NCBI GenBank assembly: GCA_951406725.2
Contig: OX597820.1
Coordinates: 53,444,001 to 53,508,000 of the forward strand
From: Octopus vulgaris
Lineage: Eukaryota
DNA length: 64,000 nucleotides
Direction of reading: 5' to 3'
Under the pieces are notes generated by a model that saw nothing but the letters and a program-made list of their open reading frames with translations, was not told the origin of the DNA and searched no databases. Each line of letters opens with the position of its first letter. Positions within the stretch are counted from its first letter, which is position 1. Below are positions 13,938 to 27,685 of this stretch, in pieces. A program made the position numbers and the translations under genes.

Positions 13938-13941
<4 letters not shown>
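13770..13941. repeat. Fold-back inverted repeat, about 80-bp arms and 13-bp loop, between TA tracts
   Basis: 13770-13849 is the near-perfect reverse complement of 13863-13941. Confidence 0.9.
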
Positions 13942-14006
<65 letters not shown>

Positions 14007-14108
14007 TAGATAGATGCATACTTACACACATACATACATACATACATGTAAATACATATATGTATACATATGCATGTAAAGTAGTTAGGATGTATGCGAT
14101 CCCAGCAA

Positions 14109-14426
14109 TTAACTCAGTAGCACTGAATTAATTATAGCGTGCCGTGAAAAATTTATATCATATATCTGTGAACAGTGCTTTTGAACTTACAACTGTCATT
14201 CGACTTTAGTGCAGAAGTTTTCGTTAACTCATGGACAGTGATATCTCATTGGTTCCGAGATTAAATTTTACCATAGTATGACAATGATTTGTATTCTCTG
14301 TCTCGTTACTGCCCGAGGCTACACCATCAGGTATCCAGCGTTCCGTGCCGTGAGTTCGGGACGAAGAAGCATGTATGTATAAAAAGAAATTCTTAACCAC
14401 ACAGAGATGTTTGTGCTAAGGGTTAA
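14109..14426. mobile_element. Possible piggyBac-type MITE
   Basis: TTAA-ctcagtagcac ... gtgctaaggg-TTAA imperfect termini. Confidence 0.4.
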
Positions 14427-14959
14427 CAAGAAAATATAAAGTGAGATATTGAAATATTCATCACTTTATAGTTTGATCTGATTTTTTCACAAATTTAAAA
14501 AAATAAAAAGAATGCACATATTTCAGCTTATTGTAGAAGATTAGAAATATTTTCTACTGATAATTATAGAATTTATATTCATATCACGTCAATTCGACTA
14601 CCTAGTTAGAATAATCAAATTTGTTTAGCGTCAATACTAACGTTATGTCTTAACAACCAAACCTGAACTTTCGGTTAACCCTTTAGGTACAGGAATAAAT
14701 ATTTATCTATGTTAACGTGACTACATAAAAACTGTAAAGCTAATAACATTTTGAAATGGAATTTTAATACTTTTTAGAAAAGTCATGACATTTAGAAACG
14801 GAATCGATTTTGGAAAACATCCATTTCTCTCGGCATAGTTTCGTCAATTTGCTTAATGACGACCGCCGTATTTTAAGGACTAATATTTTTCTTTTTTTTC
14901 TTTTTCCATTTTCCTGTATCTTTTAAATATTAGGAATTCAGTGACACACGCAGGTGCAT

Positions 14960-15985
14960 GAGAACCTTAGCATCGCGATGGAAGATATACGAAATGAAGT
15001 TAGTTAAATGGCCTGTTGGAATGCAGCTGACTCTAGCCTACTTCGGGGCTTTTGGTACAAATGGTTGCATCCTAAGCTACAAGAATTCCTTCAAGACGAT
15101 ATGTACCAAGAAATTGTAAGACAGTGGATGTTCAGAAGTAGAGGAGAGCTGATCCAGAAAAATCCAGTAAAGGAAACTGAGGCTTGTAACTACCACCAGA
15201 TCTTTTTCTTACTTATGATGCAGAAACTCCACTATGGAATAACAGAACAAAAAAATAGTATGAACACCTTTAAAATGTGAACTGCTAGTAGTTGAAAAGA
15301 AGAACTGCATATAGGAATCAAAAGGAACAAACGACGAGTAAATAAAGCAAGTAATTTTAAGAAATGCCGGAGTTTGACAAACCTTTCAATGGCCTGGATT
15401 GATGACATAAATGCATATGACATGGTTTTGACTTGTGGATTCTAAAATACGTGGAGGTGGTTGAGGCACATGAGAACATCATTAATAGTATGAGAAAATG
15501 GAAGACAGATTTGATAGCAGATGTTTGCGATCTTAGACAGTTTAACATCAGGAGAATGATTTTTGCGGGACCCCTTTGGTGTTTATTAAAGAGACAACTT
15601 CTTACATACTCTAGAAGAGCCTGAAACTAATTAACCCCTTGAAGCTTTATAGGTCTTGTAGAAATAAACTTCATCGAATTTTTCAGGTTGTATGAAATTT
15701 CTAACAAGCTACTCACGTGGCTTACACTGTTTTAGAAATGTGGAAAGGAAGGAAAGTAGACAACAACAGAGTAAAATTTCCGGAAGATGTGCATTATTAG
15801 AGAAGTGGACGAAGAAAAAGCAAGTACTTAGCAATTTTAAAGGTAGACAAGACATTAAAATCTAATATGAAAGACAAGATCATATTCGACTTCATTACAA
15901 CAATGAAGAAGCTATGAAGCTCTAAGATGAATTGTGATAATATGACCAGTGTCATTAAGGAACAAACAAGAAATACTTGACTTGA
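14960..15985 (+). mobile_element. Decayed R4/Dong-like non-LTR retrotransposon, RT region
   Basis: Broken frames give WNAADS..GFWYKWLH..WMFRSRGELIQKNP..NYHQI, TNLSMAWIDDINAYDMV, SMRKWKTDL and KYLAILKVD, matching the R4-type NWKAPG/GRTxLIxK/NYRPI, AWIDYxKAYD and YKYLG motifs. Confidence 0.75.
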
Positions 15986-15999
15986 CTCATACATCTATA

Positions 16000-16235
16000 T
16001 ATATTTATTTACTATCCACAAGGAGCTAAACACAGAGGGGACAAACAAGGACAGACAAACGGATTAAGTCGATTACATCGACCCAAGTGCGTAACTGGTA
16101 CTTAATTTATCGCCCCCGAAAATATGAAAGGCAAAGTCGACCTCGGCGGAATTTGAACTCAGAAGGTAACGGCCGGCGAAATACGGCTACGCATTTCGCC
16201 CGGCCTGCTAATGTTTCTGCCAGCTCGCCGCCTTA
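16000..16235 (-). mobile_element. SINE family D monomer with the gagggacaaacaaggacag-type tail
   Basis: Matches the units at 4325-4742. Confidence 0.9.
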
Positions 16236-16457
16236 TATATATGTGTACATAGAATGAGAATAATATATATGTTATATAGCTTAACCAGTTTACCAGCGCT
16301 TTCGAAACAGTATAAATATCAATTGTATGTGTTGGGTAGGTGTTCTTCATTTGATTCCTAAGTAAAAGAATGAAGCGCGTAAATGATTTCAATATTATTT
16401 AACTTCTTAGAGTGTTTTTGCTTTTGTTGTTATTTATATTGTTACTATATTCATATC

Positions 16458-16466
16458 TCCTCCACC

Positions 16467-16497
<31 letters not shown>

Positions 16498-16526
16498 CTT
16501 CTTCTTCTTCTTCTTCTTCTTCTTCT

Positions 16527-16559
<33 letters not shown>

Positions 16560-16958
16560 TCTTCTACTTCTTCCTCTCCTTCTTCTCCTTCCTTTTCTCC
16601 TTCTTCTCCTTCCTTTTCTTCTTCTTCTTCTTCTGCTGCTGCTGCTGCTGCTTCTTCTACTTCTTCCTCTCCTTCTTCTCCTTCCTTTTCTCCTTCTTCT
16701 CCTTCCTTTTCTTCTTCTTCTTCTGCTGCTGCTTCTTCTTCCTTTTCTTCTTCCTTTTCTTCTTCCTTTTCTTCTTCTTCTTCTTCTTCTTCTTCTGCTG
16801 CTGCTGCTGCTGCTGCTTCTTCTTCTACTTCTTCTTCCTTTTCTTCTTCCTTTTCTTCTTCTACTTCTTCTTCTTTTTCTTCTTCCTTTTCTTCTTCTTC
16901 TTCTTCCATTTCTTCTTCTTCTTCTTCTTCTTCTTCTTTTCCTTCTTCTCCTTCTCCT
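16458..16958. repeat. (CTT)n/(GCT)n compound trinucleotide repeat with higher-order units
   Basis: Direct reading; source of the poly-E/A, poly-S and poly-F/C ORFs. Confidence 0.9.
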
Positions 16959-17075
16959 TTAGAGCTACATAAACCACAGAACCCTTCCCACGTTTTGGAG
17001 TTGATAGAGTTTAATTTACTGGGCGAGCAACAGCATAGAATTTACATTGTAGGATCCTTCTTGAATCGCTGTTCA

Positions 17076-17112
<37 letters not shown>

Positions 17113-17467
17113 GATTCTGATGCTGCTACTTCTACTGTCACTGCTGCTGCTGCTGTTGCTGCTGTCGTTCTTGTAATTGCTTTTGATTTTGTGGTTAATA
17201 TTCTTGCTCCAGCGATCAACGATGACATTTGACGTCCTCGCCGATGTCATCTTTGCAAATCGTCATTCTAGGTTCGATAAATTAAACTCCTGTATAATCG
17301 ACTGACCTCCACCTTAAAAATGTTGGTCATGTACCTAAATTAGAACCATTTATGAGCGGTGGATGGGCAGAGCATCAATCAAAATGTTTAGCAATATTTC
17401 TTCCGGCTGTTTACTTTCAAAACCCTTTATGTGAAATGAAATGCTTTCGTTAATATACTCCAAACTA

Positions 17468-17677
17468 AAGACGGCGAGCTGACAGAATCGTTAACGCAAC
17501 TGGCAAAATGGTTAGTGGCGTGTTATCTGCCTTTACGTTCAAATGCCGCCGAGATCGACTTTGCCACTCATCATTTCGGGGTGGTAAAATAAGTACCAGC
17601 TGAGCACTGGGGTTGATATAGCTGACTTACTCCCTTACCTGAAATTGCTGGTCTTGTGGCAAAATTGGAAACTAATA
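17468..17677 (+). mobile_element. SINE family D, diverged
   Basis: aagacggcgagctgacagaatcgttaac head and gccgagatcgactttgcc core. Confidence 0.75.
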
Positions 17678-17732
17678 TACTATAACCTAATGGACACATA
17701 CAAACATGAATGAATGTATATATTATGTGCGC

Positions 17733-18335
<603 letters not shown>

Positions 18336-18659
18336 AATGAAACTGTTAATAATAATAAAAAAAAGAAGTTCAGTCATAGAATAAAAGTTTACTATAATTG
18401 AATGCAGAGTGTAGACAAACATTTTTCAGTGTAAGCCCTGTGGTGTAAGAACGTTTTAAATCTCACGATTGTCTTCAGGAACTAAAGAACTGAAAACGGG
18501 GGGAAAAAAACAGCTGTTATTCCTCTGCGTGCGTAAAGAAAATCGTGAGATCTCCAGGGTTTGTAGTCAACATAAAAATTAAATATGCGCACTAGAGTGT
18601 TCATGCATATTTCTTTAAGCGTGCAAGAGCATGAGTATGTGGTATTTGTGAGCATGAGT

Positions 18660-18716
<57 letters not shown>

Positions 18717-19178
18717 TGTGTCTGTGTGTGTGTGAAAATATGGTTGGACAGTTAGTCTGCTTATACCATCTAGTATAGAAGCTTGTGTTCGCAACTGTCA
18801 TCTTCTCTTTAGGCAATCAGGCTGTTTCTTTTTTTTTTTTCCCCCTTAACGGTATGTCAAACTTGCAGTATTCTTCATTCGTGAGATATTTACCATTTCT
18901 CATTGTAAGTTGATACCAATTGCTGCCTGCGAAAAAAAGTATAACCTCCTGGAAGCGGAAATAATTTTAATAAAAGAATATATTTCGCATATATTTTACA
19001 CACACATACACACACACACGTGTATATCTATATATTTGTCTTTTTGTGTTGTACACAAACATGACAATGGCCGTTATGTGCTACTTTCTCTTCACTCCTT
19101 TTCGTATCATTGGCATATATGCATCAACATATATATAGATATGTTTATGCATGTGTATATAATTGTAGAAATACATAC

Positions 19179-19268
<90 letters not shown>

Positions 19269-19536
19269 CGCTTTTGGATTTGGTCTGCAAGATTCTTTAT
19301 ATGAGTTCGTGTGTTGAAGCATATTCTGTTTCTTCATGTTAGTCTTCATCGTTAGTCTTCATCGGATTATCGACTACCAGGCCGAAACTTTCAAATCACT
19401 TTCATCACTTTTCTTGAAAAACTATAGTAAAGATGGTCTTTACAATGGATATTGTAATTCTTCCCTTTACTATAAAAGTGTTTTTTTTTTATAACTCGAT
19501 ATAAAAACAAACATTAATAGATATTGTCATATCTAA

Positions 19537-19700
19537 AAGTGGGGAGATGACAGAATCGTTAGCTTGCTGGGCAACATGCTTAGTCGCACTTCATCCATAT
19601 TTACCTTGTAAGTTCAAATTCCGTTAATGTCAACTTTGCCTTTCGTCCTTTCTGGGTCGACATGTACCATCCGAACACTGGTGTCGATGTAATTGAGTAT
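19537..19700 (+). mobile_element. SINE family D, diverged
   Basis: gacagaatcgttagc ... agttcaaattccg ... ctttgcctttcgtcctttc. Confidence 0.65.
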
Positions 19701-19929
19701 TTTCACGTTTGTGTGTATTTACGTATGTGGGAGACAGAGTGGGAGAGAAAGAGAGAGAGAAGAAGCACACTTTCCATATAGAGTTTTACATGTATATTAA
19801 AATCTATTCTTCATCTAAAAGTGAACAAACCTTTTTCAAGAACGCGATGTACTTGTATATTTATCGAATTCTTTTTTTCTTTCGTAAGAAGAACTTGAAA
19901 GAGAGATTGCATATGCTAGTAAAATCGTT

Positions 19930-20241
19930 TATTTATGCGCCCTTTTCAAGCCTAGCCAGGCTCATGGGCCCGTTTTCCAGGTTTCCATGGCGTATATGTT
20001 CCCCTCCAGCTGGACGGGACGCCACTCCATTTCAGCGTTACTCAAGAAACAGGAAGAAAGAGAGAGAGAAAGTTGGTGGGGAAAGAGTACAACAGGGGTC
20101 ACCATCACCCACTGTCGGAGCCTCGTGGAGCATTAGGTGTTTTCGCTCAATAAACACACACAACGACCGGTCTGGGAATCGAAACTGCGATCCTCCGACC
20201 ACGAGTCCGCTGCCCTAACTACTGGGCCATTGCGCCTCCAC
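19930..20241 (-). mobile_element. SINE family B (tRNA-derived head)
   Basis: Minus-strand head gtggaggcgcaatggcccagtagttagggcagcggactcg...gtttcgattccc; candidate TSD agtaaaa(t/g)cgt at 19918 and 20242; homologous to 53270-53559. Confidence 0.85.
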
Positions 20242-20443
20242 AGTAAAAGCGTAGTTTGAATTAATTCTCAATTAATTCGACATGCAATATCTATAGAATA
20301 TGTTATATACAAGTATCTAGCACTAGGTAGATGCGTCTAAACTGTTTCCAAACTTTGACTGGCTCTTCCATTTTCATGGTTTGTCCTACAAATATAATTT
20401 GCGTGTTCTATTTTAAACAATGATATTTTAAACAATACGGGTT

Positions 20444-20782
20444 GCTGAGACACCCTTCGGTCACAACTGACCATGAGATTGCTCCTACAAAGTTACCCTC
20501 CCTGGCACAATACCGGGCAAGGTTGTTTATGGAAGACCAGCAATCGCCCATGCATACCGGCCTCCCCTCTCCACGCCACCAGTTTTATCCAAGGGAAAGG
20601 CAAAGGCCGATACAGCTTGGCACCTGCGACATCGCAACTCATTTGTACTGCTGAGTGAACTGGAGCAACGTGAAATAAAGTGCCTTGCTCAAGAACACAA
20701 CACGCAGTCCGGTCCGGGATTCCAAATCACAACCTCGTGATCGTAAGCTCAACGCTCTAACCACTGAGCCATGCGCCTTCAC
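20444..20782 (-). mobile_element. SINE family C, full length with TSD
   Basis: Head gtgaaggcgcatggctcagtggttagagcg (A-box); TSD (ac)aatacgggtt at 20432-20443 and 20781-20792. Confidence 0.9.
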
Positions 20783-20972
20783 AATACGGGTTACATACAT
20801 TAATATATCCATGCATACATGCATGCATCCATACATCCATACATCACACATACATACATCATACATACATATATATATACATACAACAGGCATGCATGCA
20901 TACATACATACATACATACATACATACATACATACATACATACATACATACATACATACATACATACATACA

Positions 20973-21975
20973 ATATCCTACATGACAGCAACGATCTCTG
21001 CTGGAAGAACTCTTTTCAGGATGGCTTCCCATACAATCCGAAAATAGCTGGTATAACATACTTCAAAGAAAACCTAGATGTGAATCTCTCAGTATACCAA
21101 AAAGAAAACCATACAAACCATAGAAGACGGTAATATTGACATGAAACGAAGCTTCTCTTGGACTCGCGACCGCTATATCATATCATATCATATTTCGAAG
21201 GCTATGCGTTTGTAATACAAGAACAGGAGATTGATACAAAAAAACTTAATAAGCAAACGAGACAGGGAAGTTCTTGGAGCACGAAGATACAAGCGAGAAC
21301 GTTGATTATGTAATATTTCTGTGGAAGACATAACACGTGATTAGCGGCTGCCCAAAAATGTCAGTACGGTATTACCTATCCTTGCAACACGACGTTGTCA
21401 CAAAAACAAATTACAATGTCATTCGGAAGAGATACTGTCCTGGAATAAATATAGGGAATCCCCTTCTTACTGACTACATACACAAATATCAATACAGAGA
21501 ATACTGGTAGAATATTCGCATCAATACACCTCCCTGCTGTAAGCATAACAAGCTGGATATTGTTGTCTTGGACAGACAAGGAAACGTATGTACCGTTATA
21601 GAGGTCAGCTGTTCTGATGATGTGAATATCTCTTTGAAAATCAAAGAGAAAGTGCATAACTATGGACAACTGCCTCAAAACTTCCAGCTTCTATATGCAA
21701 ATTATAGATTCACGTTTATAGCAATAATAATTGGTGCACTTGGGTTTGTGAGTAAATGCCCAGTTGACAATTTGGGTAAGCTAGAATTTCAGAAAAAATA
21801 ATCAACCAATCAATTACAAATACTGTTTATGAGTGTGACAGTATAAACGTATGCAAGAATTTTCTCAAGTTTAAAATGGGACATAGTTTTGTTATCTACA
21901 TTCCAACGATCGAGTCTTGTATCTTTGTTAGAAACCAGCTCCTTCCCCGGAGGAAGAATTTAAATAATTAAAAGC
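20973..21975 (+). mobile_element. R4/Dong-like LINE 3' part (zinc knuckle and restriction-like endonuclease), decayed
   Basis: QEQEIDTK, VEDIT..ISGCPKMS, HDVV and WDRQGNVCTVIEVSCSDDVNISLKIKEKVHNYGQL..IIIGALG; starts directly after (TACA)n. Confidence 0.8.
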
Positions 21976-22499
21976 AAAAGAAAACATACATATATCTGTG
22001 TTTGTGTGTGTGTGTGAGAGAGAGGGGGGAGAGAGTGAGGGAGGGAGAGATGAAAACTTATATGATAGTGGCTATAGATACGTTGCTTTAGTATATATTG
22101 GCTGCAATAAACAGAGTAATTTGTTTTGTTGTGGCAATTCTCTGATCATATAATAAATAAGTAATCATATCGAGATAAAAAGTGTTGGACACACTGCTTG
22201 TAGTATAATGATGTTTACGCTTTTTATTAATTTTCAGTTTTATTAAATGTTTTCATTAGTATAAAGTGTTTCATTAGTATACCACAAACAAATTACCTAG
22301 CAATATTAGAAAATTAATTGATTAGTATAATAGAGACTAGGAAATGATTTATTATAATACAATGAACTAGTTTGTCAATATAATATAAACAACGAATGCA
22401 GGAACATAAGAAGGTAAATACCTTACCAGCGACAGAGGAGCGCCTCCTTTTCTGAACTTACTCTGAATATCAATTGTTTACTTTGACGCTAAGTCCCAG

Positions 22500-23170
22500 A
22501 TTTGCAGGATGAGTGGAATTGACGTCGGTCATGCATTTTTTCTGATTTTTTTCTGTGCAGCATACAGAAACGGAATTATAAAGAGAATTTGGAAAGACTA
22601 TTCAAATATGGTTGATAGAGATAAAACTACAAGCTTTCACAGTGTTGGTGACAAAATATTGTGGTTTAATGCTTGTACTCTGCAGTTGACACACCTGCTT
22701 GTACTTTGCAGATGACACAACTCTGTAGATGGCACACCTACCTGGACAGGACGTATCTCCAGAATGGAGGATCATAGACTTTCCAAGATCAAGTCAGTAT
22801 GGCGAACTCTCCTCTGGCCAATGATATAAAGGAACATCAAAGAGGAGGTACAGGAATTCCCTAATGAAATCCCTCGGCGCCTACTACATTGATCACCACC
22901 AGCGGTCTTTCCTTGCCACTGACCGTGACGCTTGGCATCTCATCGTTCTCCGGGCAACAGCCTCCTTTGAAATCCCCTACAGCAGCATTATTGCAAACAA
23001 GAGAAAAAGTAGGAATAACAAGTGAATTAGACCAGCCCCGATCAGCTTATCTTCGAAAGCAGCCTCTGAGGTTGTGCCTGTTTTGTTCGAATCAAAATTT
23101 TTGGGAATGCGCAAGCCTGCAACAAACGTGGAACTACGCCTCGGTAAATCGTCACCTACGAACCCAAGCC
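22500..23170 (+). mobile_element. RTE-like LINE fragment, internally deleted
   Basis: LYFADDTTL, then WTGRISRMEDHRLSKI..YGELSSG..KRRYRNSL..LATDRDAW, typical of the RTE ORF C-terminus. Confidence 0.75.
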
Positions 23171-23361
23171 AAAATAATAAATGTCTTATCAGTAACACTT
23201 TGTTCTGTCAATGTATTTTTATTTACTGACATGTACAAGTTTAGAGTCAATTTAGGGATTTGTCCAACAATAAGTTGGACAAATTAGTGAGATTTAAAAT
23301 ATTCTACAGTATATATATATATCATATTTTATAAAACATTCTATAATATATATATATATTG

Positions 23362-23993
23362 CTTTAGTTTCAGCTCATAGCTGCAACCATGCTGATGCAC
23401 TGCCGTTTTGCTACACTGTTATTACTGAGAGCCTCCTCCAATATGTGGCACTTGCTGAAGAATGGAGTTTCATATAGCTACTCTCATTTGCACCTCTTGC
23501 CTTGAGGTAGGTTCATCTGGGACTTTCGACAGGAAGATGTCCAGCTTTGATATAAAAACGCCTACATCTACTTTGTGCAGGTTCCTCAGGCTCTTTGGGA
23601 GAATATTAAAAAGCTGTGGGACCCTGAAACCCAGGCTGTTGCAGTAACTGGTCCTGAAGCGCGATGGCGTTGCTGGGATCTTTTGCAATACGCAGTGTCG
23701 TCCCGTTCTGGCACTGGTGTAGCTTTCAATGCCAAAATTTGGTACAACTCCTTCCAGGATCTTCCAGATGTATATTACAGCATACCTCTCCCGCCTTCTC
23801 TCCAAGGAGTAGAGTCTTAGCTGTTTCAGCCTTTCCCAGTAGCTGAACAGTTGCAAAGAGACGATCTTTTTTGTGAATTTTCTCTGGATTGCTTCAAGGT
23901 CCGCTGTTAATTTCACAGTGGTGGGTGACCATATCTGTGAATATTCTCTGGATTGCTTCAAGGTCCGCTGTTAATTTCACACTGGTGGATGAC
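23362..23993 (-). mobile_element. CR1-like LINE 3' end with 163-aa open ORF2 C-terminus and 3' UTR
   Basis: EYSQIWSP..LEAIQRKFTK..SYWERLKQLRLYSLERRRERY..KLDIFLSKVPDEP (ORF 23470-23961); tail stem-loop shared with SINE A. Confidence 0.9.
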
Positions 23994-24339
23994 TTTATAT
24001 ATTATACAGTAATATTAAAATTAAAAGAGAATGCAATGTCTGCTTATATTGATAGACATTGTTTTTTGTGCAGTCCAATCACAAAAAGGACTTCCCCTTT
24101 GGAATGTAATAACAATACTGTTTTTTTTTAAGATGCTCGTGTTAGGCGCTGTTGATATATTTAAGTTTAATGGACGCGTCTGGACAGGGGCGATTCGACA
24201 AATTTGAGCAAACTTGCCGGTAATAATAATCAAATCAATGTTAAACTACGCACTACTGCTACTGACAAAAATTAGGGATACTCGTTGATGCAGATATATT
24301 GGATAATGCAGAAGTGTATTCACTAACAGCTCGCAAGCA

Positions 24340-24374
<35 letters not shown>

Positions 24375-24645
24375 GCACGCACAGACACACACACATATAT
24401 ATATACAGTGAGAGAGAATGGGGAGAAAAAAACATGCATGTCAGTCGTAGTTGTTCAACTGTGCTCAAATATATGTATTTATGTATATACATATATATAC
24501 ATAAACACACAGACAGACCTCTATATATACAAACACGTTCATTCAATTACTAATGTGTATATCATTTACATATGCAACACTTGGTTTCTTATATTTTTAT
24601 ACACATATGAATACATACACGCACACACATAGGTATACGTCCATA

Positions 24646-24722
<77 letters not shown>

Positions 24723-24901
24723 CTCTCTCTATATATATATATACACAAACATACATACATTTAGGTACATATATGTATGCACACACATAAATATGACTGC
24801 TGTAACCATAACCATATAAAAACCAAGTAAGGAGCAGGCAGATATATCAATATGTAGACGCATAATTGCATGACAAAATGAATATTTATATGCATGAATA
24901 A

Positions 24902-24943
<42 letters not shown>

Positions 24944-25459
24944 GGATACATATATTCATGCATACATACACACATATATTGAATCACGTGCGTGTTATGA
25001 GTGTATATTTGTATACATGTTTTGTATGTTTGTATGCAGGTATGTATATAAACGGTGATATTTGCACGTGAGTAAAGTAAAACGTAAACTAGAAATGAAA
25101 TGTGAATTCATGTCAGATCAAACAGAACATTTGAAACCAGTATTTTTAACTGCGTAGAATTTAATAAGAAAAAAAAAGGATGTAAAGATGGAGGACATTG
25201 AAAATATAGAGACTTGATGAGTAGAAATTAGTTTTTACACTTGAGAAACTTCATTCAACTGATTCTTTGGCAGGAAAAGGATTTTGTGAGAGAGAAAAAA
25301 AAAATTGTGATTAAAGTTCTTTGACCAAGGAAGTGAAAAAAAAAAAAAAAGAAAAGAGACAAGAAAGAAAGAAAGAATAAGATGAAAAAGGAAATTCCTC
25401 CAATTTTCAAACTTCACTAGAAATATAACATCAACAACATTGTAAGCAATATCTTGCTT

Positions 25460-25487
25460 GACGATGATGATGATGATGATGATGATA

Positions 25488-25568
<81 letters not shown>

Positions 25569-25605
25569 GTAATGATAATAATAAAAATAGCATGAACAAC
25601 AACAA
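25460..25605. repeat. (GAT)n(AAT)n microsatellite
   Basis: Direct reading. Confidence 0.95.
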
Positions 25606-26149
25606 TGATTTGATAGTCGTAGCGGTATGCATTCATAGTTATCATAATTTTTGTCCTCTTTTCAATGAATCAGTTTCTGCAATAGCCGTTTCAAAGAGCA
25701 AACGATACGAAACAAATAAAAGAAGAAAAAAGGAAAGAACGCAGCAGACATAGTGACAATCAGAAAGACTGAAATAAAGAGAGTGAAGAAATAAAAAAAA
25801 CCCAGTTATACACAACTGCAATAAATCAATAAACTTCAACTAGAAGGATATATAATTTTATTACAATCATATAATAATCTTATTTGCACTGTGTTATTTT
25901 TTACGTTGGATTTTTTTTTATATGTGCAGTTTTTTTTTTTTTAAAACATTTGAGTCTATAATTTACCGCTTATTTGCTGCTTTTGACTCTGCGCATGCGT
26001 ACGCTACTGTTGAATAATTATATATGTTGTGTGTGTGTGTGTGTGTTTGTGTGTGTGTGTTTGTGAGTGTATGTGTATGTGTCTTTGAGTCTATAGGTGT
26101 TCAAGTGTTATATGTACATGTTTGTGCATACATGTATGCATATACTGAT

Positions 26150-26193
<44 letters not shown>

Positions 26194-26280
26194 GATGATG
26201 ATGATGATGATGATGATATATATAAACATGCATATATTCATATTTATGTGCATATATATATATTCTGTATGTGTATATAC

Positions 26281-26313
<33 letters not shown>

Positions 26314-27619
26314 AAGAGAGAGTCACAGAGATAGAGAGATAGAGAGAGAGTCAGAGAGAGAGAGAGAGAGATAAATAGATAGATGGATACATACATATGT
26401 ATATATATATGTGTGTGTGTGTATGTGTATGTGTGTGTGTGTATGTATGTATGTATACATGCAAAAGTTATACACACACTTATATGTACATAAATCAACA
26501 GAGAAATGGAATGATAGATGTTTCTCAGTGTGTGTTTGTATACATGAAAGTATGTGTTTGCGCCAGCGCGCGTGTGCCTTGAAGTGGCACTTCACGGGCA
26601 AATTATATTCAGGAATGTGCATGTGAGACGGAATAATACACACTTTTGGCACAAATACACATTCACTCACACACGCTCACAGGCACACACACACCCACAC
26701 ACACACACCTTATTATGATGATGATGATGATTACACCAATGATCACAATGTTCATGAGAAGGATATGATGGACGCGGCTGATGAGGATGCTGACGAAAAA
26801 GAGGAGGTGGAAGAAGAGGAGATGGAGGAGGAGGGGAGCAGACAAAGAAATTGAGGCGAGGTGAAGTCACAAATGACGAAGTAAAAAGGAGAAAAAGTAG
26901 AAGAAAGAAAATAAAACTGGAGGAAGGATGAGCAACACATTGGATACAAACGGCACCACCGTTTACTCATCATCGTTGTAGTCATCACCGGCGTCCCCAT
27001 CGCTGTCGTCATCGTCCTACTCCAAGCTTCAAGTGTGTCTAATCACATCAAAGCCGAGAATGTTAAATTCAGTTGACTTCACTAAGAAACCTTTATCGTT
27101 CATTCGTCTCAATGATTGCTAGCAGTCGCACAGAAAGCTGAACTTAGCGAAGACAGAATGAAATCGCGAAATAAAGAATAAAAATATATATGACGTAACA
27201 AGATGAAATAAGATGGAATTTCTGCTACTAAAACCTGACGGATTAGTGGCCAAAAAAAAAAAAAGAAGAAAAAAAAGTAGAGAAAAATAAAATGAAATAA
27301 GTTTGTGATAAATCTGGAAGTTAAATAAAAATATAAAATTGAAATGGTCGAATGAATGGAATTTATAGATTGCTAAAGTTTGGTATTTTCCTCTTAGTTT
27401 GATTTACTTGATGCGTTATTTCAAAACTATTCCTCTGTTGTCGGTTATTAGAACACATGGGGGAAAAAAAATGAGTAAAACTGCAATGGTGATATTTAAT
27501 CTCATACACAGAAAAATTAGACACGTATGTATATATATAGATATATTTATATGTGTGTGTGTGTATGTGTGTGTTTGTATGTATGTGTTTGTTTATAAAT
27601 ATATCTGCTTGCATACATA

Positions 27620-27685
<66 letters not shown>

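Noticed and set aside
16383-17114. Long poly-S, poly-F/C and poly-E/A ORFs
   Set aside because: Trinucleotide repeat open in several frames; no domain or splice evidence
20700-20782. tRNA genes here and at about 20165-20241 and 53485-53559
   Set aside because: A/B boxes continue into SINE bodies; these are tRNA-derived SINE heads
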